A stretch of DNA of 64,000 bases, taken from positions 766-64,765 of the forward strand of contig CAZCNP010000001.1 of NCBI GenBank assembly GCA_964500725.1, read 5' to 3'. The stretch is from an uncultured Gammaproteobacteria bacterium. GTDB taxonomy: Bacteria > Patescibacteriota > Microgenomatia > Daviesbacterales > UBA10151. The position numbers and the translations under genes were made by a program. The notes under the pieces are model-generated. The model was given only the letters and a program-made list of their open reading frames with translations, was not told the DNA's origin and did not search any database. This document shows positions 37,839 to 48,433 of this stretch, piece after piece. Numbering within the stretch: position 1 is the first letter of the stretch; the number at the start of each line of letters is the position of its first letter.

Positions 37839-39536
37839 ATGAAAGTTTCTATAAACTGGTTAAAAGAATTAGTAGATTTAAAAGCTTCTGTTGAGGAGCT
37901 AGTGAAGCTTTTAGCTCTTAGGACTATTGGAACCAAAGAAGTAACAGGCCAATATATTGAGCTGGATATGAAAGGCTACAATAGGGCAGACCTGTTATCT
38001 TTAAGAGGGGTAGCCAGAGAAATAGCTGCTATTACTGATTCTCAAATTACTTTTGAAAATGAGAACCCTAATAAATTCCCTTGGGTTACCCAAAAACTAC
38101 CTGAAACACCAGTTAAAGTAGAAAATCCAGAGCTGGCTCCAGTTTATTGTATTGTCAAAATTGAGGGACTAAAAATTGGTCCTTCTTCTAAAGAGTGGGT
38201 AAATAAACTTGAAAGCAGTGGTATAAGATCAGTGAATAATCTGGTAGATATAACCAACCTCCTGATGGTTGAATATGGTCAAGACATGCATGCATTTGAT
38301 GCTGACTGTATTGCTGAACAAAAACTAATAGTTAGACTTGCAAAAAAAGGAGAACAGTTAACAACCCTTGATGGAAAAAGGCTTCAGCTATCAGAAGAGG
38401 ATTTGATAATTGCTGACCCTCAAAAACCAGTTGGCTTGGCAGGTATCATGGGAGGTAAGGATTCAGAAGTTTCTCAAAATACCCAGACTATTTTTTTGGA
38501 GATCACTATTTTTGATCCCATTGCTATTCGTAAAAGCAGCCACAGGCATAGACTTCATTCAGAAGCTGCAAAAAGAGTCCAACATGGGCTTACCAGAACT
38601 AATCTTCTACAATCAATGTCTGCTGCTATAAAAATGTATGAGAGCTTAGGAGGCAAAGTCACAGCAATTACATTAATAGGAGACCTAAAAGATGAAACTA
38701 AAACTGTTACTTTATCTCAAGAAAAAATTAACTCTTTAGTTGGAGTAGATATTTCTCCTGAACAAGTAGAAGATTCTTTAACTAAGCTAGGTTTTACTTT
38801 AGCTTCCCACATCGGAAGTGGGAATGTAATTTGGGAAGTTACAGTTCCATACTGGAGACTGGATATAAATATTGAGGAGGATATAGTAGAGGAAGTAGCC
38901 AGGATGTATGGTTATGAAAAGATTCCTGCCAAGCCTTTGACTGACAATATACCAAATATAGAGGAAAATCCCCTTTTTGAGGCTTTAGAGAGGCTTAAGC
39001 AGGCACTTTCAAAGACAGGTCTAACTGAAGTCCAAACCTATTCCTATTACTCCAGCAAGGTAATTCTCAATTCTCAATTCTCAATTGTCAATTTGATCAA
39101 AGTTGCCAATCCTATCTCATCTGAAACAGAATACTTAAGAGATAATCTTTGGCCAAATTTACTGGAAGCAGTTGCTAAAAATATTAGAAATGGAGTTAAA
39201 GATGTTGCTATTTTTGAGGTAGGAAAAGCCTACCTTATAAAGAATGGCTTACCAGAAGAACCTCACAGGTTAGCTATAGCTTTATCAAATAGTACTGATA
39301 ATCCTATTGCTGAGCTTTACCAGATTTTCCAACGTTTAGGATCACACCTGGAAGGTATCAAGCTAAATGCTGATAAGAAACCAGGACGAGAAACTTTTCA
39401 TCCCACCAGATCATCTGTTTTAGAAGAAGATGGAAAACAAGTTGGCTTTATAGCTGAAATCCACCCCAGGATTGTTAATAAATTTGGAATAGACCAAAGA
39501 GTAGCTGTGTTGGAAATAGAAATAAATAATTACTAA
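37839..39536 (+). CDS. pheT: Phenylalanine--tRNA ligase beta (short form)
   Basis: NRADLLS, B3/4 domain, RLDI..EEVARMYGY; lacks OB and anticodon domains. Confidence 0.93.
   Translation: MKVSINWLKELVDLKASVEELVKLLALRTIGTKEVTGQYIELDMKGYNRADLLSLRGVAREIAAITDSQITFENENPNKFPWVTQKLPETPVKVENPELAPVYCIVKIEGLKIGPSSKEWVNKLESSGIRSVNNLVDITNLLMVEYGQDMHAFDADCIAEQKLIVRLAKKGEQLTTLDGKRLQLSEEDLIIADPQKPVGLAGIMGGKDSEVSQNTQTIFLEITIFDPIAIRKSSHRHRLHSEAAKRVQHGLTRTNLLQSMSAAIKMYESLGGKVTAITLIGDLKDETKTVTLSQEKINSLVGVDISPEQVEDSLTKLGFTLASHIGSGNVIWEVTVPYWRLDINIEEDIVEEVARMYGYEKIPAKPLTDNIPNIEENPLFEALERLKQALSKTGLTEVQTYSYYSSKVILNSQFSIVNLIKVANPISSETEYLRDNLWPNLLEAVAKNIRNGVKDVAIFEVGKAYLIKNGLPEEPHRLAIALSNSTDNPIAELYQIFQRLGSHLEGIKLNADKKPGRETFHPTRSSVLEEDGKQVGFIAEIHPRIVNKFGIDQRVAVLEIEINNY
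38804..38824 (+). repeat. 21-bp REP-like palindrome inside pheT
   Basis: TTCCCACATCGGAAGTGGGAA. Confidence 0.85.
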
Positions 39537-39976
39537 TTAACTAATTAACCTAATTTCTAAAGAATGACTAATGATAAAATTACTAATAAGTTTGATTTAG
39601 AAGATAGAACTGCTAAATTTGGAGAAGATACCATACAGTTTTGTCAAAAAATACCCAAGGGACCTATCACTAATCCTCTAATAACTCAACTAGTAAGATG
39701 TAGTACTAGTGTAGGAGCAAATTATTGTGAGGCAGATGATGCAGAAAGTAGAATGGATTTTAAGCATAAAATAGGCATTTGTAAAAAAGAATCAAGAGAA
39801 TCTAAACATTTTATTAGAATGATTGTGGTTGCAGTACCAAATTTAAAAGAAGAAGCAAGATTATTATGGCAAGAAGCTAAAGAACTAAATTTGATTTTCA
39901 ATTCAATATTTAAAAAAGTTACATAATTTAGTAATTGGGATTTATTTAGTAATTAGAAATTAGTAATTAGAAATTT
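39528..39976 (+). mobile_element. Four-helix-bundle cassette with inverted 7-8-mer arrays
   Basis: Left (TTWCTAA)n-like array, right (TTAGWAA)n array; ORF-less relative at 54291-54411. Confidence 0.65.
39564..39926 (+). CDS. Four helix bundle protein (23S rRNA IVP / Avd-like)
   Basis: DLEDRT..F, QLVRCSTSVGANYCEA, FKHKIGICKKESRES. Confidence 0.9.
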   Translation: MTNDKITNKFDLEDRTAKFGEDTIQFCQKIPKGPITNPLITQLVRCSTSVGANYCEADDAESRMDFKHKIGICKKESRESKHFIRMIVVAVPNLKEEARLLWQEAKELNLIFNSIFKKVT

Positions 39977-42534
39977 TATAAGGCTACAGTAACCCCAATT
40001 GAATGGGTGAAGGTCCCACCATTGTTATCTTCTAAAGTAACTGAAATAGTATGTGATCCTTTATCTCCATTAGGAAACTCAACATGTAAAGCATAAGGCT
40101 CAGAGGTCTGAGTAGATTTAATACCCCCATCTATTAACCAGGTCATCTTTTTAACTCCTGCAGGAGAATTTGCCCTGGCTAAAACATCAAAAACCCTGGG
40201 AACATTAGCCCCATTTGTAACATTAACTATCTCAACAACAGCCCCAGTCCCAGCAGTAAATCCTGGCACCCCTGAACAACCCTGGGAAGCTCCCACAAAC
40301 CTAGGATCAGCAGCAGTTAATACCCACTCATCTATCCCTTTCTGCCATTTATTAGCTCCAGTTGGATCATCTTCTTTTAAAACAACCACATCCTTTTCCT
40401 CATTATCTTCACCATCATTGGCTAACCTGTGAGTGTTACTTTTACAGACCTTTTTTCTTTGATAAGATCCTGATTCTCCTTTAGGCTCAGTTCCTGCTAT
40501 AAAATATTCTTTTCTGGTAGGAGAACCACCATGAGGCTTGCCAGTCATCAACCCATCCACCTCTACTTGTAAAACATTTTCAGGTTTGGCAAAAGGCTCA
40601 TTTTGCTTACCTTCTAAAGCAGCTCTCATTATCTTATTCCAAATAGGGGAGGCTCCAGTAACTCCAGAGGCTACCACAGGGCTCATCTCAGCATTGTTGT
40701 TATTTCCTACCCAGGCTCCTACTACCACAGATGGGGTATACCCCACAGCCCAGTTATCTCTTTTTTGATCTGTTGTTCCAGTTTTAACAGCTACAGTTTT
40801 TCCTGGAATATTTAATACTGAGTTTGAACCAAAAGCAGCAGTTCTGGCTCCATTATCAGATAAAATATCAGAAATAATAAAAGCAATCCCTGGTTCTAAG
40901 ACTTTTCTTCCCTCAGGCTGTCTATATTCAAAAAGGGTTTTTCCTTTACTATCTGTAACCTTTAAAATAGAGATTGGATCAAGCTGCATGCCTTGATTGG
41001 CAAAAACAGCATAGGCTGAAGCTAAATCCAAAAGTCTTACTTCTCTTCCTCCTAATACTAAAGATAATCCAACAGAGTTAATATTCTCCTCAGAAGGCTC
41101 CCAGGTTGAAATACCCATCCTATATCCAAGCTCCATAGCATCTTTTACCCCGACCAGAGCCAAGTTTTTAACAGCAGGGATATTGTAAGAATTAGCCAGG
41201 GCATACCTTAACTGAACTGGACCATGAAACTGACCATCATAATTTACTGGGTTGTAAGCTGGTTGATCTCCTCCAGGAAATTCAGTCTTAACATCCATAT
41301 AAACCTGGCTGGCTGTATAACCTTTTTCCAAAGCTTTTGTATAAACAATGGGTTTGGTGGCAGAACCTGGCTGTCTTGGGGCAATAGCCACATTAACATT
41401 AGGTTCAAAAGTACAAGTTTCTCCCTCTTTACAACCTTCAGGCAAAGAATCTCCAAAATAATCCTTGCTTCCAACCATAGCTAAAATCTGCCCAGTTTTA
41501 GGATCCAATACTACAGCAGCAGCATTTCCCACCTTTGCAGAAGATAAGCTTTCTACTTCTTCTTTAACTATCTCTTCAGCCTTTTTCTGCAACTTATAAT
41601 CCAAAGAGGTAGTTACTCTCAAACCCCCACTTTCCACCATCCTGTCCCCAAATTGTTCTATTAATTTTTCTTTAACATACAAAACAAAATGGGGGGCTTT
41701 AAAGCCTTGTTCACTTCTGCTGGTTCTATAAGTTAACTCTGCTGCTGCAGCCTCTTCAGCTTGATTTTTAGTAATATATTTATCCTCAACCATCCTATTT
41801 AAGACTTCTTTTTGCCTTGTTTTGGCAAGCTGAGGACGGGTGCCGTATGGAGAATAAACAGAAGGCCTTTGAGGAAGTCCTGCAAGGAGCGCTGCCTCAG
41901 CCAAATTTAAATCCTTAGAAGATTTACCAAAGTATAAATTAGCTGCAGCTTCTATCCCATAAGCAGTACCACCATAAGGAATCTCATTTAAATACATCTC
42001 TAAAATTTGGTCTTTGCTGTAAGACCTTTCAACTTGAACAGCTAGGATAAACTCTTTAAGTTTTCTAGTAACAGTTCTTTCCCCAGAAAGCAGGGCATTT
42101 TTAACAAGCTGCTGGGTTAAAGTTGAACCTCCCCCTTCAACCTGCCTATGAATAACCAATTTAAACAGTGACCTGACAATTCCAGATACAGAAAAACCAC
42201 CGTGTTTATAAAAATCCTTATCCTCTATAGAAAGAGTAGCCTGTTTTACATAATCTGGAATATCAGCAAGTTTTACAGGAGTCCTATTTTGATCTTCATA
42301 AATATCATACAAAAGCTCATCTTCTTTATCATAAATTTTAGTAGCTGCTGCTATTTCCCTGTTGGTTAAATCAGAAGGGTTGGGGATTTGGGTTGCAAAA
42401 AAGATCACTGCAGCAAAAAGCAAAAAAAGAAAACCTACCACAATAACTAAAATACTGGCAGATAGGCCTGATAATAGTTTGAATTTCCAGAGTTTTTTAC
42501 TTTGTCTTCTGGCACTCCAGGAACCATGAGTCAT
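39976..42534 (-). CDS. Class A penicillin-binding protein (PBP1A family), C-terminal Ig-like domain
   Basis: IEDKDFY, GGSTLTQQ, RQPGSATKP, SYN, KTGT. Confidence 0.93.
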   Translation of the reverse strand: MTHGSWSARRQSKKLWKFKLLSGLSASILVIVVGFLFLLFAAVIFFATQIPNPSDLTNREIAAATKIYDKEDELLYDIYEDQNRTPVKLADIPDYVKQATLSIEDKDFYKHGGFSVSGIVRSLFKLVIHRQVEGGGSTLTQQLVKNALLSGERTVTRKLKEFILAVQVERSYSKDQILEMYLNEIPYGGTAYGIEAAANLYFGKSSKDLNLAEAALLAGLPQRPSVYSPYGTRPQLAKTRQKEVLNRMVEDKYITKNQAEEAAAAELTYRTSRSEQGFKAPHFVLYVKEKLIEQFGDRMVESGGLRVTTSLDYKLQKKAEEIVKEEVESLSSAKVGNAAAVVLDPKTGQILAMVGSKDYFGDSLPEGCKEGETCTFEPNVNVAIAPRQPGSATKPIVYTKALEKGYTASQVYMDVKTEFPGGDQPAYNPVNYDGQFHGPVQLRYALANSYNIPAVKNLALVGVKDAMELGYRMGISTWEPSEENINSVGLSLVLGGREVRLLDLASAYAVFANQGMQLDPISILKVTDSKGKTLFEYRQPEGRKVLEPGIAFIISDILSDNGARTAAFGSNSVLNIPGKTVAVKTGTTDQKRDNWAVGYTPSVVVGAWVGNNNNAEMSPVVASGVTGASPIWNKIMRAALEGKQNEPFAKPENVLQVEVDGLMTGKPHGGSPTRKEYFIAGTEPKGESGSYQRKKVCKSNTHRLANDGEDNEEKDVVVLKEDDPTGANKWQKGIDEWVLTAADPRFVGASQGCSGVPGFTAGTGAVVEIVNVTNGANVPRVFDVLARANSPAGVKKMTWLIDGGIKSTQTSEPYALHVEFPNGDKGSHTISVTLEDNNGGTFTHSIGVTVAL

Positions 42535-42633
42535 CTTAGAGAGATTATACCAACTCTGGAAAGTCAATGCGAATGCATGTGTATTTGGTATTTAACAATA
42601 CATGTATTGGATATTGTATAATTTGCTTGAAAT

Positions 42634-42873
42634 ATGAATATACCTTTTAAATTACTCTCCACAGTATTACTTGGTCTAGGAACAAACTTCTTGGTTAGCC
42701 CATTCGTGGCTTGGTTACTCTTTTACAGTAGCTCTGAACGATATCTTTGGACAATCCAGGGACCTTTCCCATTTAACTATGCAGGAAGCAGTGCAGGATT
42801 ACTGTTTGTACTAATCGGAATATTGCTTCTTGGATTTTTCTTAATCTTTCTTTCTCAACTTATTAAAAAATAA
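42634..42873 (+). CDS. Small membrane protein
   Basis: Two hydrophobic segments. Confidence 0.55.
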   Translation: MNIPFKLLSTVLLGLGTNFLVSPFVAWLLFYSSSERYLWTIQGPFPFNYAGSSAGLLFVLIGILLLGFFLIFLSQLIKK

Positions 42874-42945
42874 TCCAGATTTTCTTCTAATTTGAGCGTA
42901 GTAAAAATTATAGTCTTTCTAAAAAAGTATACAAATTCTAAAGGG

Positions 42946-43028
42946 TCCGGAGGGAAGGGATCGAACCTTCGTAGGGTTACCCCGCCAGATTTACAGTCTG
43001 GAGCAATTGACCACTCTGCCACCTCCGG
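42946..43028 (-). tRNA. tRNA-Tyr(GTA) with C1:G72 and long variable arm
   Basis: CCGGAGG..CCTCCGG-A; CCAGA-CTGTAAA-TCTGG. Confidence 0.93.
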
Positions 43029-43077
43029 ATCCTGTTATTATACCTAAATTTGCTGATTGAGGAAAGGGGACTACCTT

Positions 43078-43921
43078 TTAAACTATGCTTACTAAAATTA
43101 CTCCCAAAATAGTAATAAATACCCCTGTTAGCTGAAACTTGGTAATTTTTTCTTTAAACCAAACAAAAGCTAAAAATAACATTACTAAAGAAGAGCTAGC
43201 TGAAATTGGAGTAACTATTGATGCTGGACCTTTTTGTAAAGCAAGATGAAAAAATAAAACTCCAATAAACAGAAAAAAAACTTGAGGCTATAGCATAACT
43301 AGTTTCTGGTGATATTTTCCTGGGTAAAATAAATTTCCTACTACTTAATAAATTTAAAATTACTGCTACAATAGTCCACCCTAAAACAAAAGATATAGAA
43401 TAACTGTAAGCCCCATACTCAGAACTCATTACCTTAGCTATAAAATCCCCTAAACCAGCAAAAACAGCGCCTCCTAAACCCCACAATAACCAAGTACCAA
43501 TTTTTATATTTTTAATTTCCTTTGGGTGTTCTAAAGAGATAAAAATTAAACCTAATAAAATAGCAAAAATACCAAATTTTGCTGTAGCAGTAATAGATTC
43601 ATTTAAAAACAGTGAGGCTAAAATAACAGTATAAAGTGGATAAGTTTCCAAGACTGTACCAGTTAAAGATAATTTGCCCTTTTCTAAAGCATAATAATAT
43701 AAAGCATATCCTCCTGAGGCTATAGCAGCAGCTGGGACTAAAGGCCAAAAAATAAATTTTCCTCCCTGTAAAAGTGAAAAAGGGATCAAAGTTATAACAG
43801 AAGCAACACCCCTAAGGCTAACATAATCAATAGGGGATAATTGCTTATAAGCTCTTTTGGCAAAAGCAATATTTAACCCCCAGACTAAAGCTGTAAGAAA
43901 AGATAATAGCAACCAATCCAT
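43078..43921 (-). pseudogene. EamA/DMT transporter frameshifted at poly-T 43273-43280
   Basis: Second EamA repeat (ALQKGPASIVTPI..FKEKI) continues in another frame to 43078. Confidence 0.75.
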
Positions 43922-43966
43922 TATTAAGTTATATCATTTATTTAAGAAAATCTGTAAAATATCCTG

Positions 43967-44341
43967 ATGCCAACTGCAGAAGCAAGAGAGCAAGGAAAAA
44001 ATACACAGGATTCAAAAAAACTTGTATTATCCTTGGATTTTGCTCGCAAAGTACATGAGTGCATTCAGGAATTACCTATTAATACTCCTATCGCAGATCT
44101 TAAATTCTGGCGCCAGCATCCTGGGCGCATACCTACATGGACTCAGCTAATGAGAAACTCCTCACATTGGGAGCAAAAGCAATTAAGCGCTCTCTTCTAT
44201 AGAATACTTCGTTCCCCTGGAGGCAAAGATATCAATCTTGGCGCACTTACAACCGAGTTTGATGTAGACACACTAACACTATGGAGTAACAGTGGGGGAA
44301 CCGGAAAAACATTTGTTCGCGAAGCCTTCCAGAAATTTTAA
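43967..44341 (+). CDS. Hypothetical protein
   Basis: 124-aa ORF, -10 TAAAAT 6 nt upstream. Confidence 0.55.
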   Translation: MPTAEAREQGKNTQDSKKLVLSLDFARKVHECIQELPINTPIADLKFWRQHPGRIPTWTQLMRNSSHWEQKQLSALFYRILRSPGGKDINLGALTTEFDVDTLTLWSNSGGTGKTFVREAFQKF

Positions 44342-44400
44342 GATTATATCTTTACCACATTATTGACTTTAAAAAAAATCTTGGTAATAATCATAAAGGC

Positions 44401-44970
44401 ATGGGATTGTTAACCGAAGTCCTCCATTTTGGAAGATCTATATTACCAGGAGAACCCCCTAAAACATTAGATGATATCAAAGCTGTAGAAGAATGCGCCA
44501 CTGCTACCGAAATGCTCCTTAGTGATACCGGCCTAGCATGGACAAGAATGGCCAACAATAACACTGTTATAATCGGAGAAGTTATCACAAACAAAGGTCG
44601 GGTTGTGAGCCACCAATCTTGGTTTATCGTACGCAACAGAAAGGGTCGTTTAGAGATTGAGGTGGCTCCAACTGATGGAGCAGAAATAACACTGGATGTT
44701 TTTGCAAACAGCCAACCAGAGACGCCTTTAACACAGTCAATCGCCAATCATAACCAACAATTTGAACCTATTAATATCGGTGATGGTCAATTTGGCAAAT
44801 TACGCTATGAAACTAGGGAACCCAATCTAGGTCCAGAAGCAACTTTTATTATAGATCAGCAAGGAATACGTCCATTTGCAAGTGAAAAACCCGTTAGAGA
44901 AGTTGAAGAAATTGGAGGGCGAGATACTCATATCATCAAGTCTATTCTTGCCGAACCCTCATCTACATAA
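44401..44970 (+). CDS. Hypothetical protein
   Basis: 189-aa ORF. Confidence 0.55.
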   Translation: MGLLTEVLHFGRSILPGEPPKTLDDIKAVEECATATEMLLSDTGLAWTRMANNNTVIIGEVITNKGRVVSHQSWFIVRNRKGRLEIEVAPTDGAEITLDVFANSQPETPLTQSIANHNQQFEPINIGDGQFGKLRYETREPNLGPEATFIIDQQGIRPFASEKPVREVEEIGGRDTHIIKSILAEPSST

Positions 44971-44974
44971 ATCT

Positions 44975-45442
44975 TTAACGGAACTTGGGGTTAAGGGATT
45001 TTTTAACTAGTTTGGCCACAAATACTATCTCTCTTATTTGCCCATCCTCACCTTCAATCTCATTTAAACCAGACAATCTCTGGTATTCTCTCAAGTAGTC
45101 AGATAAACCTTCTCTTAATTCTTTTTGTTCTAACTTTAAATCTTTTAATTTATTTATTAAATCAGCCACCTCAGGCCTTTTTTGAATCTCTTTTTTGGTA
45201 TTGGAACGTATTCTGGCTGCTTCTTTGGCTACTTTATCATGTTCTTGATAGGTTTCATCATTTACAAAGACATCATTTACCATATCCCTAAGCTTTGTAA
45301 TTTCTCCCTGCAAAGTATCAATTTGAGAGGTATGGGTTTTAATCATCTCCTCGATTCTAACAAGTAGTACTGCATCAGAGCTTGAAGTTTGCTCTTCTGG
45401 TGCGGGGGTTTCTTCTATAGTTTGTACATCCTGGTTATCCAT
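44975..45442 (-). CDS. Hypothetical coiled-coil protein
   Basis: 155-aa ORF. Confidence 0.7.
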   Translation of the reverse strand: MDNQDVQTIEETPAPEEQTSSSDAVLLVRIEEMIKTHTSQIDTLQGEITKLRDMVNDVFVNDETYQEHDKVAKEAARIRSNTKKEIQKRPEVADLINKLKDLKLEQKELREGLSDYLREYQRLSGLNEIEGEDGQIREIVFVAKLVKKSLNPKFR

Positions 45443-45544
45443 GGGAATAGATATAATAGCTGAAATTTTCCTAAAAATGCAAGGCTTAATTTATGAGTAC
45501 TATACTTGCAAGTTTATTTATCAAGATGTAAATTTAACTGCAAT

Positions 45545-46141
45545 ATGATTGAGGACAATCCAGAGATGAACACGTTCTTTGCTTTGCAAATAAAAGACTT
45601 AGACCTTGTTCGAAGAACCCAAAGCGGTGATCTAGAAGCATTTGGAGATTTATATATAAGATACCAAAGACGAGTTACTCGTATACTTACAAGATTTGGC
45701 TGCAGTGATGTTGAAAATGTGGTTGGAGATGTATTTTTAAAAGCTTTTACAGGAATACAAAAATTTAGGCCCGAAACTGAAACTTCTTTTAAATCCTGGA
45801 TTGACAGAATTACAATCAATACAGGTATTAATGCTGTTGCAAGAAAACCTTCTGAAATTACCACTGTAACGGAATTTGCAGAAACCCATAAATGGGCAGA
45901 TCCAGAAGCAACTTACCAAATAAGAGAAACCATTCTAGAATTACTCAACTCTATAGGCAAACTACCTTCCCGTCAAAGAATGGCAATTAAGGCAAGATTT
46001 GGAGAAGGCCTAGATAGTCCAAGTATAGCTAAATTAACTAATACTACAATAGGTGGAGCCAAAGCCCTAGTGCACAGAGCCCTAGAACAGTTAAGAAGGA
46101 ATTTACAACCAATATCAACAACTCCATCAGAAGATGTTTAA
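45545..46141 (+). CDS. ECF sigma factor
   Basis: GDLEAFGDLY, FKSWIDRITIN, region 4 KALVHRA. Confidence 0.85.
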   Translation: MIEDNPEMNTFFALQIKDLDLVRRTQSGDLEAFGDLYIRYQRRVTRILTRFGCSDVENVVGDVFLKAFTGIQKFRPETETSFKSWIDRITINTGINAVARKPSEITTVTEFAETHKWADPEATYQIRETILELLNSIGKLPSRQRMAIKARFGEGLDSPSIAKLTNTTIGGAKALVHRALEQLRRNLQPISTTPSEDV

Positions 46142-46149
46142 GATTTGTC

Positions 46150-46602
46150 TTAAGCCTTTTTTACTAGGAAATATAATCCAATTACCTCTATTGATATCAT
46201 TAAAAGATTCAAGTTATCAGATGCAGAACTTAAACTACCCAGTCCCAGCCAAAAATTAATATTTAAAAATATACCTCCTAAAAGCCCCGACATTAGTAAA
46301 ACTCTTGCCCATTTGAGTTGATATTGTTTTAGAAGCAATACTGATCCAATAGTAATAGCCATCCCGCTCAACAACTCTCCCCACATAACCAGGGTCCCAA
46401 ACAGATAAGAGTTGGGTATCACAATACTAGTTAAAAATTGTTTAAAAGCAGGATAGGGGTTATTATCAACACTTTTAGATAATATCTGTCCCAAAGAAGA
46501 TGCAAAACTGCCTTCAGAAAATTTTGTCAGACTGCTTCTTAGCCAAACAAAACCTATTGATAAAAGTATCAGCAGCAATGGTTTATTATTCATATAAATC
46601 AA
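46150..46602 (-). CDS. DoxX/DoxD family membrane protein
   Basis: WLRSSLTK, WGELLSG, 4 TM. Confidence 0.7.
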   Translation of the reverse strand: MIYMNNKPLLLILLSIGFVWLRSSLTKFSEGSFASSLGQILSKSVDNNPYPAFKQFLTSIVIPNSYLFGTLVMWGELLSGMAITIGSVLLLKQYQLKWARVLLMSGLLGGIFLNINFWLGLGSLSSASDNLNLLMISIEVIGLYFLVKKA

Positions 46603-48365
46603 TTATCAGTCCATTTAGTTTCTGGAGTCTCCACCCTTCCTAATTTTTGACCTAATAACAAAACGAAAGATAGCAGATAACTATAAAACTTACCATGATA
46701 ATGTACCGAAGCTTTTTTTAGTAACTCATAAGCTTTTTCGCGGCCAATTCTTTTAGTAGAACCTCCATGATGGTGAATAAACTTTGCCTCTGGCACAAAG
46801 AATAAAGGCACCCCGAACTGTTTTAATCTTCTGGCATATTCAATATCCTCAAAGAAAATGAATGATCCTTCATCTAATAACCCAACTTTATTAAGTATCT
46901 TCTTGGGAATGAACAAACAAGCCATTACCATCCCTTCTACCAGAGAGTGCTTATCGCCTGTAGGTAAATACATAAAATAAGACCCTTTCTGAGCCAGAAA
47001 ATACTCCTTAAATGCTCCAGTTAGGGTAGGCAAATGAAAAGCAGAATCTTGGGAAGAATAATCTGGAAAAACTAATTTTCCTCCTAAAACAGCCTTTCCT
47101 TTGAATTGCTCCTCAGCTTCTATTAATTTAGAAATGCCACCCTCTAAAACTTCTATATCAGAATTTAACATTAAATAATACTCACCTAGAGAGTACTTTA
47201 TTGTTTTGTTATAGCCTTTGGAGAAACCTTCATTTTCTTTATTTTGTAAATATTTAACATTAAACTGATTGATCCAACTTGAGCAAGGATCCAAAAGCCC
47301 ATTATCTAAAACTATTACCTCCATATTTTTTTCATCAAAACCAGATTTTTTATCAAAAATGCTTTGCAGGAGTTTTTTGGTTAAATCTGCAGTGTTGTAA
47401 TTTACTATTCCTATTGATAATTTCAAAGGATATTCTACGTTCCCACTTCCGATGTGGGAAGCTAAATTCCCATTTCCTGTTATGCCTAAATAAAAATCCA
47501 ATATTCCTTTTCTTTGAGCTGGCCTGCCAAAAATAAACAGCCATAAAGCCTCTCTAAGTAAAGCAAACCTAGTCCTTAATTTTCCATACTGCATCCCAAA
47601 AATTAATCTGTTTCTGGTGTGGTAATAATCTGTAAGTTCTGATCCTATTCCTGTAGACTGGGAAACTTTATGATAAATGCTTGTCTTGCCATTATAGTAA
47701 ATCTTAAATCCTGCATCTTTAACTCTTTTTGCAAAATCACTATCTTCAAAGTACAAGAAATATTTTTCATCTAAACTCACTTGTTCAAAAACTTCTTTTT
47801 TTACTAGCACACAAGCCCCAGAAAAAATCTCAGCTTCTTCAACTTGATCATATTGTCTCTTATCTACTTCATCTATTCCTCTGTGAATCGAGCCAATATT
47901 ATCCCAGTCAAATTTTCCCCCAGCAAACCAAATTACTCTTCCTAAATCCTGCCTTTCATACCTGTCTTTGTGAAATTCAAATCCAGGAGCAAAATAAATT
48001 TTAGGAGAAACCAAACCAATTTTTGAATCAGATTCTAATGTTTTTATAAGTTGAGAAATCAAATCAGCATCACTTACTTCACAATCATTATTTATCAGTA
48101 AAAAATAATCAGACCCACAAATTTGGGCATACTCTATACCTTTGTTAAACCCTCCAGAAAACCCCAAATTTTCTCCAGTTTGCACTATATCAACTTCAGG
48201 AAACTGTTTATGGAAAGCTTGTATTCTTCCATCTATAGATCCGTTATCCACAACAACAATTTTCAATTCTCCATTGTCAATTTTCAATTTCTCTAGCGAT
48301 TCTAAAAACTCTAGCGTGTCTTTTTTTCCGTTGTAATTTAGCGTAATTATTGCGGCTTTTTTCAT
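46599..48365 (-). CDS. Two-domain glycosyltransferase family 2
   Basis: Two GT2 domains (VVDNGS..NND..FEDSD; LDNG..LNSD..FEDIE). Confidence 0.92.
   Translation of the reverse strand: MKKAAIITLNYNGKKDTLEFLESLEKLKIDNGELKIVVVDNGSIDGRIQAFHKQFPEVDIVQTGENLGFSGGFNKGIEYAQICGSDYFLLINNDCEVSDADLISQLIKTLESDSKIGLVSPKIYFAPGFEFHKDRYERQDLGRVIWFAGGKFDWDNIGSIHRGIDEVDKRQYDQVEEAEIFSGACVLVKKEVFEQVSLDEKYFLYFEDSDFAKRVKDAGFKIYYNGKTSIYHKVSQSTGIGSELTDYYHTRNRLIFGMQYGKLRTRFALLREALWLFIFGRPAQRKGILDFYLGITGNGNLASHIGSGNVEYPLKLSIGIVNYNTADLTKKLLQSIFDKKSGFDEKNMEVIVLDNGLLDPCSSWINQFNVKYLQNKENEGFSKGYNKTIKYSLGEYYLMLNSDIEVLEGGISKLIEAEEQFKGKAVLGGKLVFPDYSSQDSAFHLPTLTGAFKEYFLAQKGSYFMYLPTGDKHSLVEGMVMACLFIPKKILNKVGLLDEGSFIFFEDIEYARRLKQFGVPLFFVPEAKFIHHHGGSTKRIGREKAYELLKKASVHYHGKFYSYLLSFVLLLGQKLGRVETPETKWTDN
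47440..47460 (-). repeat. 21-bp REP-like palindrome in GT2 linker
   Basis: Reverse complement identical to 38804-38824. Confidence 0.85.
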
Positions 48366-48381
48366 AATTTGAGTCCTCGAG

Positions 48382-48415
48382 AATTACAGTCTTTTACTGA
48401 AAGTAAAAGTATATA
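48382..48415 (-). promoter_or_regulatory. 34-bp element identical to 16423-16456
   Basis: Exact repeat. Confidence 0.7.
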
Positions 48416-48433
48416 ACTCTTAAATCATAAATC

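Noticed and set aside
39528-39976. Diversity-generating retroelement (Avd-like gene)
   Set aside because: No reverse transcriptase and no TR/VR pair with adenine-specific mismatches seen in the window
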